Source of the DNA: Octopus vulgaris
Lineage: Eukaryota
Direction: 5' to 3'
DNA: 64,000 nucleotides
Assembly (NCBI GenBank): GCA_951406725.2
Contig: OX597824.1
Span: forward strand, 21,762,001-21,826,000
The notes beneath the pieces are model-generated. The model saw only the letters and a program-made list of their open reading frames with translations. It was not told the origin of the DNA and searched no databases. Both the position numbers and the translations under genes were made by a program. The number at the start of each line of letters is the position of its first letter. The first letter of the stretch is position 1. Below, piece after piece: positions 52,016 to 64,000 of the stretch.

Positions 52016-53947
52016 TTGTTTTTGTCCTCCTACCATCACTTGCCAACTGATGTTAGTGTGTTCACGTCCCCATAACTTAGCGGTTTGATAAAAAAGAGAC
52101 CAATATGGTATGTACTAGAATTACAAAGCATAAGTCCCAGGGTCGATTTGTTTGACTAAAGGCAGTGCTCCAGCATGGCCGCAGTCAAATGACTGAAACA
52201 AATAAAACGAAAAATAAATAAATAAATAAATAAATAAATACCTTCATGTGATCTTGCGGAACAACGAGTTTATTATTTATTACACATTAATATCTGCTGA
52301 TCAAGCTTATGTCAGCTTTCAGTTGTAATAATAATACAGAGGAGACTTGCAGCTTTTGGATTTCATAGAAGCTGCAAGTTTAATGAAATAATATCGAAAT
52401 ATTGTAGAAAATATTGGCCAGTAATATAAACCGTGTTTGCATGTGTGTGCTTAAATGGAAGAAAAAATAATAAACTTTCATAAAATATACTGTCTCTGTG
52501 AATGCGAGTGTGTTTACATTATAGGGGAAAAATAATAGGCTTTGATAGCTCCACTGTGTTTAACGTGACTAAATTATTACCCCACATCAAAAAAGTTTAT
52601 TTTATTTCAATTCAGGCAATATACAACAGACAATATTCACTCGTTCCTGTTTTTTTCTTTCTTTCTTTCCTTCTTTCTTTTTTTTATTAAAAAAATTTTT
52701 TTTTTAGCTTATTATTATTGTTTATCCTTTTCTTTTTCTCTTAGTCTCTCACACGCATTAGAGATAATGATGATGACGATGATGATGATAATAAGAATAA
52801 GCATTATAATAATAATAATGATAATAATAATAATAATGATGATGATGATGATCGTAATATTGATAATAATGATGGTGTTAACAATAACAACAATAACAAT
52901 AAAATAATTGTAGAAGTAGTAGTTGTTACTATTATAATTATTGTTGTTGTCATCATCATCATCATCATCATTATTGCCATCATCATCATCATCGTCACCA
53001 TCATCATCATCATCATCATCGTCATCATCGTCATCATCGTCATCATCATCATCATCGTCGCCATCATCGTCACCACCGCCACCACCACCACCACCACCAC
53101 CACCACCACCATCATCATCGCCGTTATCGTCATCATCATCATCATCAACCACCACCACCACCATCCTCATCATTGTCATTATTAAAGCAGGCAGATCTCA
53201 TAAATCTGTTTGCAGCAATAATTCAGACATGGAGTCTGAAGACGGATGATGTTAAAGCGTAAGTTCTCGGGGCCACAATATATGTTTTTAAAATACACCA
53301 TCATTGCATTCTCTGTTTCGATCTCTACACATTATAGCAGACTGTATCATATAAATTTTAAGGCCACGAGATAAATTAACCATGTTGCTGCTGTTGCTGT
53401 TGTTGTTATAATATATACCAGACTTCCACTGCATATAAATCATAATGTTTTTTTAAATATATATATTTCTTTACTACCCACAAGGGGCTAAACATAGAAG
53501 GCACAAACAAGGATAGACAAACGGGTTAAGTCAATTACATTGACCCCAGTGCGTAACTGGTACTAAATTTATCGACCCTGAAAGGATGAAAAGGCAAAGT
53601 ATGCATTGGTGGAATTTGAACTCAGGACGTAACGGCAGACAAAGTACGGCTAAGCATTTCGCCCGGCGTGCTAACATTTCTGCCAGCTTGCTGCCTCTTT
53701 TCTTTAATATTCTTCTATGTTTGTACTTGTTTCAGTCATTCGACTGCAACCATGCTGGAGCACCACCTCAAAGGGTTTTAGTTGAAGTAATCAACCCCAG
53801 GACATATTCTATGTAAACCTAGTACTAATTCTATTGGTCTCTTTTGCTGAACTGCTAAGTTAAAGGGACGTAAATGCACCAATATCAGTTGTCAAGTAAT
53901 GATGGTGGGGAGTCAAATAGACAAATGACATGCATACACACACACAC

Positions 53948-53997
<50 letters not shown>

Positions 53998-54244
53998 TGG
54001 CCTGCTCACTTAGCCAGCGGGGTGGTGTCATTTGAAGGCTAAAACAATGTGAAGCGCATTGTGACTAGCGATGTGTAGCAGCATCTGATAGCCTGATCGG
54101 TCACGGTGATCACGGTTATATATATATATATATATACTTTTTCTTCACCCATTCCCTTCTGGTCACTCAATATGTGACTGCGTGTGAATTGTTGGCGATT
54201 TTTTTACCTCCGTCTTCCTTTCCTTGGACCTTTCCATTTTCTAT

Positions 54245-54279
54245 GTTTCTGACGAAGAGCCCTGCTCGAAACGTTAAAT
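54245..54279 (+). ncRNA. Minimal type I hammerhead motif in a Penelope-like repeat (54172-54379)
   Basis: GTTT-CTGACGA-A-GAGC-cct-GCTC-GAAA-CGTT-AAAT; an inverted, mutated copy lies at 56124-56158. Confidence 0.7.
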
Positions 54280-54375
54280 CCTCCTTCTTTCCTTCCTTTC
54301 CTGAGCATCCAATAACTCTACACTTGTTCCATGTCCTCGCGTTGTTGTGTTTTCTCTTTGTGTTTTCATGTTTGG

Positions 54376-54408
<33 letters not shown>

Positions 54409-54563
54409 TCATCATCATCATTTAACATCCGCTTTCCATGCTAGTATGGGTTGGATGGTTCAACTGGGGTCTGGGAAGCCCGAAGGCTGCACCAGGTCAG
54501 TCAGATCTGGCAGTGTTTCTACAACTGGATGCCCTTCCTAATGCCAACCACTCCGTGAGTGTA

Positions 54564-54615
<52 letters not shown>

Positions 54616-56233
54616 TACAGGATTCTTTCAGTTTCCATCAACCAAATCCACTCACAAGGCTTTGGTCAGCCCGAAGCAAAAGTAGAGGACACTTGCCCAA
54701 GGTGCCACGCAGTGGGACTGAACCCAGAACCATGTGGTTGGGAAGCAAGCTTCTTACCACACAGCCATAACATTCTTAAAAAAATGAATTCACAAAATAT
54801 TTTGTTCTCCTCTCTGTTTCATGTTTTATTGTTGATTATTTTCTGTTACTTGTTTTAGTTTAGTCCTTCCAGCCCTCCAGTCATATAATTTATATTAGAC
54901 AATGTCTACTTTCGTTTTGAACACATTACTCTTTATTTCTTCATTTACATTTTCTTTAAGTGACATCATAATAATTTCCTGTTAATCATCCCTCATGGCC
55001 ATAATTCCTAGATAAATTTTCAATTTGCTTAACTCCCCTATTTCACACACACCCCCCACCCCCGACAACAACAACAACTCCATCCTTGCTGCTGCTGCCG
55101 CCACCATCACCATTGCCGCTGCTGCCACCACCACCACCACCACACTACCGCCACTGCCAACACCACCACCACCACACTACCACTGCTGCCAACACCACCA
55201 CTACCATTGTTTTAACAGTCATTTCCCAATGCTTGCAAGAGGCCAGATGAGATTCATTGGTGGCAGATTGCCATTAACTGGACGTCTCATTCTTTGATAC
55301 CCTGACCCCAATGTTTGTTTTGTCTGTCCTCGTATCGTCCCCTCTTTTTCTCAACCTCTTGGTTAAAAAAAGAAATTAACTGGATGTCCTTGCTGTCACC
55401 AACAACCCGCCTCTTGTTTCTGAGAAAGGTAATAATGCAAGCAATTATCGGGGTGGGGGCAAGTCGATTAAATTAAACCCATTGCTCAAATGGTACTTGT
55501 TTCATTGAGCCCCCTATCAGGACAAAGGGCAAAGATGACCTTGGTGGAATGTGAACTCACAATGTAAAGATAGATGAAATGCAACTAAGCATTTTTGCTC
55601 GGTGGGATAACAATTCTGCCAGCTCTCTATCTTAACAACCTTAACGACAATAATGATATTGTTTCAAATTCAACTCCCTCATTACACTGGGGTTAAAACT
55701 GGTGAATAAACAAAACACATATATTCTTTTCTACTCTAGGCACAAGGCCTGAAATTTTGGGGGAGGGGGCCAGTCAATTAGATCAACACACATATATCTA
55801 TACATATATATACAACAGGTTTCTTTCAGTTTCCGTCTATCAAATCCACTCACAAGGCTTTGGTTGTCCTGAGGCTATAGTAGAAGACACTTTCCCAAGA
55901 TGCCACGCAGTGGGACCAAACCCAGAACGATGTGGTTGGTATGCAAGCTGCTTACCACACAGCCAATCCTGCGCCTATATATATATATGTGTGTGTGTTT
56001 GTGTGTGTGTGTATGTGTGTGTGTGTGTGTATAGTTAATCCAAACATGAAAACACAAAGAGAAAACAAAATATGAGGACATGGAACAAATATAGTGTTAT
56101 TGGATGCTCAGGAAAGAAGGAGGGTTTAATGTTTCGAGCGGAGCTCTTTGTCAGAAACATAGGAAAAGGAAAGATCCAAAGAAGGGAAGACGGAGGAAAA
56201 AAACTGCCAACGATACACACGTGGTCACATTTA

Positions 56234-56279
<46 letters not shown>

Positions 56280-56602
56280 ATATACTTGAGAAGACAGGTC
56301 AAGCTAAGTAAAATCACTGTTATCCATACACACAGACTTGTCCTTTACATATGCTGGTACCACATAAAATGCACTCATGCTGGTGCTGCATAAACATACA
56401 TAGAAAGCATCCAGCATACTCTAACAAATGATTGGTCTCAGGAAGGGTCTCCAGCTGTAGAAACCATGCCACAACAGAAAATTGGAGTCTAGCCAGCTCC
56501 TGTCGAACCATCCAACCCATGCCAGCATGGAAAATGGATGTTAAGTGATGATGAATGATGATGACCCACACACACATGCGCGTCTCTTCTATTTATTAAT
56601 TA

Positions 56603-56973
56603 CTAGCAGTATCGCCCGGCGTTGCTCGGGTTTGTAAGGGAAATAACTATAAAGCATTTTTAGAGAGTTATAGCCAAAAAATGGAAAAAAAATTATGGTA
56701 AATTTTTTTTTAGTTAAAAAGGTCGAGTTGCGTCCCCTAGACAGTCTGTGGTTTGTGTTTCTGATTCTCGACCCCATGTCGAATTTATCGATTTTTTTCA
56801 GAACTGGGGGAACTTTTCAAAATTTTCGCTGCGTTAGTTTTGAATTATGACATTGGGCTATGTGTGTGTCAAGTTTCATCAGAATCGGTTGAAAGCCGTG
56901 GTCAGGGTGAGGGTACAACCTGACAGACACACAGAAACACACACAGACAAACTGCCGTTTATATATAGAGAGA
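56603..56973 (-). mobile_element. Non-autonomous Helitron, 371 bp
   Basis: On the minus strand: A|TCTCTCTATATAT ... hairpin CCCGAGCAACGCCGGG ... CTAG|T, i.e. 5' TC, 3' CTAG, subterminal GC hairpin, A-T target and no TSD. Confidence 0.88.
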
Positions 56974-57057
56974 TTATAAATCTTCCACTGAGGAGGGAGC
57001 CAGTTTCCAACAAAGATACAAGGCTCCATCTTTGAGATGTAGTTAACACAGACAAAT

Positions 57058-57223
57058 TCATATTTGGAATTTTAGAAAAGTCTTGCATATTTCTACTGTT
57101 TCACTCACAGATTGAACTTGTAATGTATGAATTAGCTGGTCAATTTCCCTTTCTGGAAATCCCAGTTTATCCAGATTCTCCTTTAAGCATTTACTAACAA
57201 AACCTAGTGCTCCAATTATTATT

Positions 57224-57225
<2 letters not shown>
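57058..57225 (-). mobile_element. C-terminal fragment of an RLE-type (R4/Dong/HERO-like) non-LTR ORF
   Basis: PIIIGALGFVSK.LKENLDKLG...LQVQSVSETVEICKTFL* matches the PIvvGAlG...LQ...T..I C-terminus of restriction-like-endonuclease LINEs. Confidence 0.7.
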
Positions 57226-57282
<57 letters not shown>

Positions 57283-57877
57283 ACGTACGTATGTCTGCAT
57301 GTACAACAGATTGCTTTCAGTTTCTGCCTACCACATCCTTTCGCAGGATTTTGGTTGACCTGGGGTTATAGTACAAAACAGCTGCCAAATGTATTTTGTA
57401 GTAGTACTGAACTTGGAAGCACATGGTGTGGAAGGAAACTTTTAACCACACAGCCCTTGACTGCTATTCGAAAGTAGGTCTTTAAAACAGATTATCAACA
57501 ACAGGGTGGGTGGGTGGAATATTATTTAGATTAAATATATCAATTAAGTCCAAAGAAACATTTGTTCCTTTCTCATCTTGAAATGTGATAGGACTTTCTT
57601 TCTAACCTAGTATATATAAATGAATGAATGAATGAATAAATAAATAAATAAATAATTAAATAAATAAATAAATAAATTAATTAATTAATTAAGCTTGATG
57701 TCAGGTATAATTTTCATTCCCAGTTTATTTGGGGCCTGTTCCTTACACATGGTCTACAATAAGAATCAGTACAGCAGAATAGTGAAAAGTATTTGGTTGG
57801 ACCAGAACAGATGAGGATACAATGATAGTTAAAACCCTGGTATTCAATTGTGAGGCATCTTCCACCATTAAATTTAA

Positions 57878-59377
57878 CCCTTTACCATTCAATACTTTGT
57901 GTCCATGCACCAAGGTATCTGAAATTTCCAACTACCCTCAGTGATTTACCATCTCTCACTTTCTCTGACACAGGGAGTTCGTGGTTGAATACTTGTAGCT
58001 CTGTTTTCTTTGCGTTACAGTACAAACCTATCTTACCCCGATTCCTGCTCTAATCTGCTCAGCACCTCCTGTGCCTGATCTGTCCTCTCTGTTAGTAATG
58101 CCAGGTCGTCAGTATAGTCTAGGTCAGTTACTGTTACTGCCTGATGCCGTCTACTTCTTTGCCTATGCAGATTGAATCCCAGTTCTTCTTCCTTGCCCTC
58201 ATACATTCTACGCATTGCATAGTTCAGAATGATGGCGAAGAGATAAGGTACTGGCGTGTTGCTTTGTAATACTCAGGCTCTGACTTCAAAGTATTCCATC
58301 TCTCCATCAGGAGTGCATGCCATAAATTGAGAAAGGTATGGAGTTCAAAGTTAGTGAGGAAATTGAAAGTGAGGTTGTTTCTGGCAACAGTGGAGTCTGG
58401 TCTTCTATACAGGGCTGAAACATGGATGCTCATTAAAGCATTGAAGAAGCAGATGGACGGTTGTTATACGAGGATTCTTAGAATGGCACTCGGTGTCTCC
58501 TGGAAGAGTCATACAACAAACGCCGACTTATACCAGGGACTATCAAAAGTAACATTGAAGATACAGCATAGAAGAATGAGGCTAGCTGGACACTGCATCA
58601 GACACACTGATGAAATTGCTCACAAGCTAGTACTCTGGCAACCAACGGAAGGAAGAACCAGGAGAGGAAGGAGGAAGACGACTTATATCGACAACTTGCT
58701 GGAGGATACTAGTATGGAAAGGGTACAGAAGCTAAGGACCATTATGGAAGATGGAGATGAAAGGGAAAAACAGGTGGAAACAGTCTTCGGGCATTCTGTG
58801 GGATGACCTAGATAGATAGAGAGATAGATTACTATTCAAAATACTGTCAAAGGTGCATGGCTCAGTGGTTAGAGTGTCAGGCTCACAATCATCAGGTAGT
58901 AAGTTTGATTCCTGGACTGGGCTGTGAGTTGTGTTCTTGAGCAAGAAACTTTATTTCATGTTGCTCCAGTTCACTCAGCCATAGAAATGAGTTGCAACGT
59001 CACTGGTACCAACCTGTATTAGCCTTTGCCTTTCTACTGGATAACATCAGTGGCATGGAGAGGGGAGGCTGTCATGCATGGGTGACTGCTGGTCATCCAT
59101 AAACAACCTTGCCTGGACTTGTTCCTCGGAGGGGAACTTTCTAGGTGCAATCGTATGGTCGTTCATGACTGATGTGGGATCTTTACTCTTTTATCTTTTA
59201 CTCTGTCAAAAGTAAAGCCTTATTTATTCATGTTGTTACTTTGAAATTTCAATGATGTCATTGCTTATTTTTAGAATGACATTGTAGGGTAAGCATGAGG
59301 GGGCCTGATCTGACCAGATTGAACATAACACGGGTAGAATATTTGGGCTGGATACGAGTGGTTTAAATGCTAAAGGG
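57878..59377. mobile_element. piggyBac-type MITE hosting a LINE and a SINE
   Basis: TTAA (57874-57877) + CCCTTTACCATTCAA ... TTAAATGCTAAAGGG + TTAA (59378-59381); TIRs match at 13/15. Confidence 0.8.
57893..58829 (+). mobile_element. RTE/RTEX-type LINE with a 5' inversion
   Basis: Minus-strand RT core (PYLFAIILNY...DLDYTDDLAL...NAKKTE...FRYLGAWT) joined to the plus-strand downstream part (SACHKLRKVW...ETW...LAGHCIRH) and an (AGAT)n tail. Confidence 0.9.
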
Positions 59378-61483
59378 TTAAATATAACAATTTAACCTCA
59401 AATTACTATAAAATAGGGCTGAATATATTTTAGCAGTAGTCATTCAGATAATACCTTGATTGTAATTTAATGGCAGATAACATGTTATTGATTATACACA
59501 GACACCAAAATAACATCTTGATATTTGATTATTAATAAGAAGGCAGTGAGATGGCAGAAACATTGGCACGCCGGGTGAAATGCTTAGCGGTATTTCGTCT
59601 GCTGCTATGTTCTGAGTTCAAATTCCGCCAAGGTCGACTTTGCCTTACATCCTTTCGGGGTCGATAAATTAAGTATCAGTTACACACTGGGGTCGATATA
59701 ATCGATTTAATCCGATTGTCTGTCCTTGTTTTTCCTCTCTGTGTTTAGCCCCTTGTGGGTAGTAAAGAAATAAGTATTTCATTTGTCTTTGTGTTCTGAG
59801 TTCAAATTCCATTAAGGTAGATAAATTAAGTACCAGTTGTGTACTGGCGTTGATCTAATCAACTGGCCTCCTCCCCCAAAATTTTGGGTCTTGTGCCTAG
59901 AGTAGAAAAGATTATTAATAAGAAGCTTTCTTTGCAGTTATGTGGTTTTGGGTTCAATGTCACTGTGTGGCACCTTGGGCAAGTGTTTTCTATTATAGCT
60001 CTGGAGCTGAACAATGCTTTGAAAGTGGATTTGGTAGATGGAAATTGTGTGGAAGCCAGTTGTATATAGAGGGTGAGGTAAAAGTAGCACCCAATTCCTG
60101 TTTTGGGGTTGATATATATATATGACTTCCCAAATGGGAGGTACCATTGTCTCCCAATTCTTGTTTTATGGGTTGAGGTATCAAAGAGTATTAGCAATAT
60201 GATACAGGATCCAGATTTAGTGACTTTCAAAACTGTCAGTAATAACTTGCAAAACAACAAAGAAAGGCAAGACTTCTCAGAAACAGGGTGCTACTTTTGA
60301 CTAAGCCTGTATGTATATATATATTGTGCCGGTGGCACGTAAAAGCACCCACTACACTCTCGGAGTGGTTGGCGTTAGAAAGGGTATCCAGCGGTAGAAA
60401 CTCTGCAAGATCAGATTGGGGTCTGGTTTGCCAGACCTCAGTCAAATCGTCCAACCCATGTTAGCATGGAAAGCGGACATTAAACGATGATGATAATGAT
60501 GATGATGTGTGTGTGTATGTGCATGTATTTGTCATCTCTGCCACTTGGCAACTGTTGTTGGTTTGTTTACAACCCTGTAATTTAACAGTTTTGCAAAGGA
60601 GACCAATAAAATAGTAAGTATCAAACTCGAAAAATAGACAAGTGCTGGGGTTGATTTCTGTGACTAACAACTCCATCCCCCCCCCCAAAAAAAAAAGCAG
60701 TGTCCCCACAATCCACGGCATGGCCAAAGTTTGATAACCAAAACAAGTAAAAGATAAAAAGAAAATATATTTCATAAAAAAAAACAAACATATGATGTAC
60801 AAAAAGCTGGATTATTAAATACTGTCATGAGATCAAATCCTGTTAGAACCATTATGATGGATATCTTTGGAGATAAGACAATTATTCTTCATGCTTCAGA
60901 TCTCATTCCTACTTTAAGCTTGAACGGTTAGCAATAGGAGAAGGCATCCACCCAACTGTGAAAATGCTTCTTCTCACTCTTCATATAGAAATGTCTAAAC
61001 TTATAAAGCTACTCCCCACCACCAACCTATGGTGGCGGCTTATTAAACAAAACAGATGTAATGAATGGTTGGATTACTGCATTTGCTAAAGTGTGCATAT
61101 GCATGCAACTGCACATAGAGACAGAGTAAGAGTTTAAACTGCTTGCTTTGCTAGTGTGCATGCAAATTCTATTTGAACACCTAAATAGCCATATGCCCAC
61201 GTCCATGTTTATCTGGGTGGAATTCACCATTACATAACACACACACATACACACACACACACACAAGCGCACACAGAATCATTCACACACAGAGTCTCTT
61301 ACACACATATAGAGAAATGTTTTTCTTCTGGATGACTTCTCTAAACACACTCATGCACTGTTTCACACACACACATGGTTTAACACACACACACACACAC
61401 ACATACAGCTGTTTTATTCTGGATTATTTCTCTCTCTCTCTCAGTCTCTCTTACACACACAGTCTCTCTCCCACCTCCAAAGA

Positions 61484-61515
<32 letters not shown>

Positions 61516-61708
61516 CACACACTGTCAAACACACACATACAACATTTTTATTCAGGGTGCATTCTCTCTCACTGCCCCCCTCTTTCTCCCCCTCTCTCTC
61601 TCACACACACAAGTACACACACATTGTCTCTCTTTTTCTTTCTCACATACACACACATACACAAAGTCTCTCTGTCTCTCTCACACGCACACATACGTAC
61701 ACACAGTG

Positions 61709-61739
<31 letters not shown>

Positions 61740-61804
61740 TACAAAGTCTCTCTCTCTATCTCTCCTCCCACACAGTGTCTCCCTCTCCCCCCCACAGTGT
61801 CTTC

Positions 61805-61850
<46 letters not shown>

Positions 61851-61953
61851 AACACAGAGTTACACACAAACATAGAACTGTTTTTATTCTGATTGACTTC
61901 TCTCTCCCTCTCTCTCTCAAAACACACACACACACACACACACTCACACAAAC

Positions 61954-62065
<112 letters not shown>

Positions 62066-62585
62066 TGTCACACACAAAACATCATGAATGCTTCACTGAA
62101 TAACGAGATAAACAATTGTCAAGGCAAGTGTGTCATCATCACAACCAACACTACCACCACCACCACCACCACCACCACCACTACCACAACCACAACCACA
62201 ACACCTCGCAGTTGTTGGTTGTCTCTCTTCAACACACACACAGAGTTAAATGTAGCTCAACAAACGCCCAACCTCCTTCACCATCAATAATTACTTATCA
62301 TACCACCAATCTCCAATACTAAGTTATTCTAATTATAACAATCACAAGATGACAACAACAACAACAACAACAACAACGGGGGTGGGGGGGGTTGCCTTTC
62401 TCCTTCTTTGTCTCTTGTCTTCTTATATTTCCTGACAAGAATAGTTCAATTAAATTCCAACAATTTTTTTTTTGTTTTGTTTGCTTGCCTGAAATTTTAA
62501 AAAAAAATTTCTGTTTTACTATTTTTTAAAATTCTATTAAAAAAAATTTTTTTTTTTCACTCTGTCTTTTACACCTTCTATTTGT

Positions 62586-62600
62586 GAATATGTGTGTGTG

Positions 62601-62635
<35 letters not shown>

Positions 62636-62715
62636 GCACACATAGATATGTATTTATAAATATACACACACACACATATATACATACATATATATACACA
62701 CACACATATATATAT

Positions 62716-62747
<32 letters not shown>

Positions 62748-62912
62748 CATATATATATATATATACATACACATATATATATATATACATATATACACAT
62801 ATATATATACATATACACATATATATATATACATATTTATATATATATTATATATATAAATATATATACATATTTATATATATACATATATAAAAAAATA
62901 TATATATATATA
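62586..62912. repeat. TA/CA compound microsatellite (one of many)
   Basis: Read directly; similar tracts at 10630-10995, 12600-12930, 16720-17430, 30360-30660 and 61380-62075. Confidence 0.95.
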
Positions 62913-64000
62913 ATCTGGATTAACACAGAACATAGCACATTATTTTCACTACATCTCAAAGACTTGTTCAAAATAAGTCTTTTGTTTGATTCGCTTCTAA
63001 AAGGAAACTATTTTAAGCTGGTAAGTTAAGTGGATAGAACGTTTCAGAGATGAAGAGGAAACGGTAATGAATGAAAAACTGGTGCCAGTTGAAAGATTTC
63101 CACAGAGATCACTAGACCAAACAACAGACTTTCTCTCTCAATAAACTTCACATATACTAATGCTACTCTCATAATATTTTTGCTGAAGAATACTGCGAAG
63201 TTCCACTTTCAAATAAGTTATTGATTTCTGGTTGAAAATAATCATTAAGCTGAAATACAAAACAAAATCTGCAATGTAAACATCAATAATTTCTTTTTTT
63301 TTTTCCTTATAAAAGTAAAAATTCAAAACCAATTCATCTTTTTTTTTTTCCCATTTTTTTTTTTCTTAAAAAGTTTTTCTTTAAACCGTTTTGAAAAACC
63401 ATATTATTCGCTTCAGTGGAAATTTCAGAGAATATGGTAAGGTAATGAAATATGTACTGCTGTAGAAGAATGAATACATTTAAGAACTTTCTGGAAATGC
63501 CAGCATTTTATTCAGCTGGTGTATAAAACCTGAACTGGAACTGAGAACAATAGTTCCCCCCCCCCAACCTCCACACACACACACCTCCAGTCGAATGGAC
63601 TCTGCTGGTCAAGTGGTCAGGTAAGTGAGTACATAAAATATTATTTAATGCGGATAATGAGGAAGAAGAAACTTTGATAAAACAGATGATAACAATCTTG
63701 TAATGATGACAGGACTACAATAGTTTGGATGGGTGGCTGACAGACTGGAACAAACTTTATGGCTCTGATACAATGGGAACACGTGGTGATGGAGGGGACA
63801 AGGGACAGAATGGGAAAGGTTGGAATAAGGAGGAAGTTTTAATACAAATGTGTCAGCCGAACAGTATGATGCAGAGATGAAGAAGTTAGAAAGTCAAAAC
63901 CAGAAAGCTGAAGATATAAAGAAGGCAAAGCGAAGGAGAAGGAGAAGGTGAAGATATAGATGATGGTAAAGCAGGAAGAATGGTGGAAGGTGTGGATGGT

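Noticed and set aside
52345-52379. 11-bp inverted repeat ACTTGCAGCTT/AAGCTGCAAGT
   Set aside because: Too short for a pre-miRNA and has no supporting context; could be chance.
63169-63249. Possible minus-strand terminal exon LNDYFQPEINNLFESGTSQYSSAKIL*
   Set aside because: Plausible acceptor but no recognisable homology, and a stop here does not fit the C16orf89 model.

Overview
AT-rich, microsatellite-dense eukaryotic DNA. The repeat families and composition suggest an octopus (coleoid cephalopod) genome; this is recognition, not a database result. One protein-coding gene is supported: three minus-strand exons (48145-48316, 41557-42147, 34188-35020) with GT-AG splice sites and matching phases. 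They encode the C-terminal part of a UPF0764/C16orf89 homolog with an extra acidic region and a C-terminal transmembrane tail. I could not find its 5' exons, which probably lie beyond the window. The rest is mostly transposon debris: at least three tRNA-derived SINE families, RTE-, CR1- and R4/Dong-type LINE fragments, mariner/Tc1/Tigger/piggyBac-type MITEs and one non-autonomous Helitron. The most unusual signals are: (1) several hammerhead-ribozyme motifs of the Penelope type, including one in a tRNA-headed, TSD-generating short element and a cluster of three just downstream of the gene's stop codon; (2) RTE insertions with 5' inversions or fold-backs, including a clear twin-priming structure; (3) an expandable array of ~60-nt hairpin modules in an RTE 3' UTR; (4) a palindromic mariner MITE in an intron. 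Nearly all other ORFs in the track are artefacts of repeats. Repeat boundaries are approximate unless terminal motifs are quoted.
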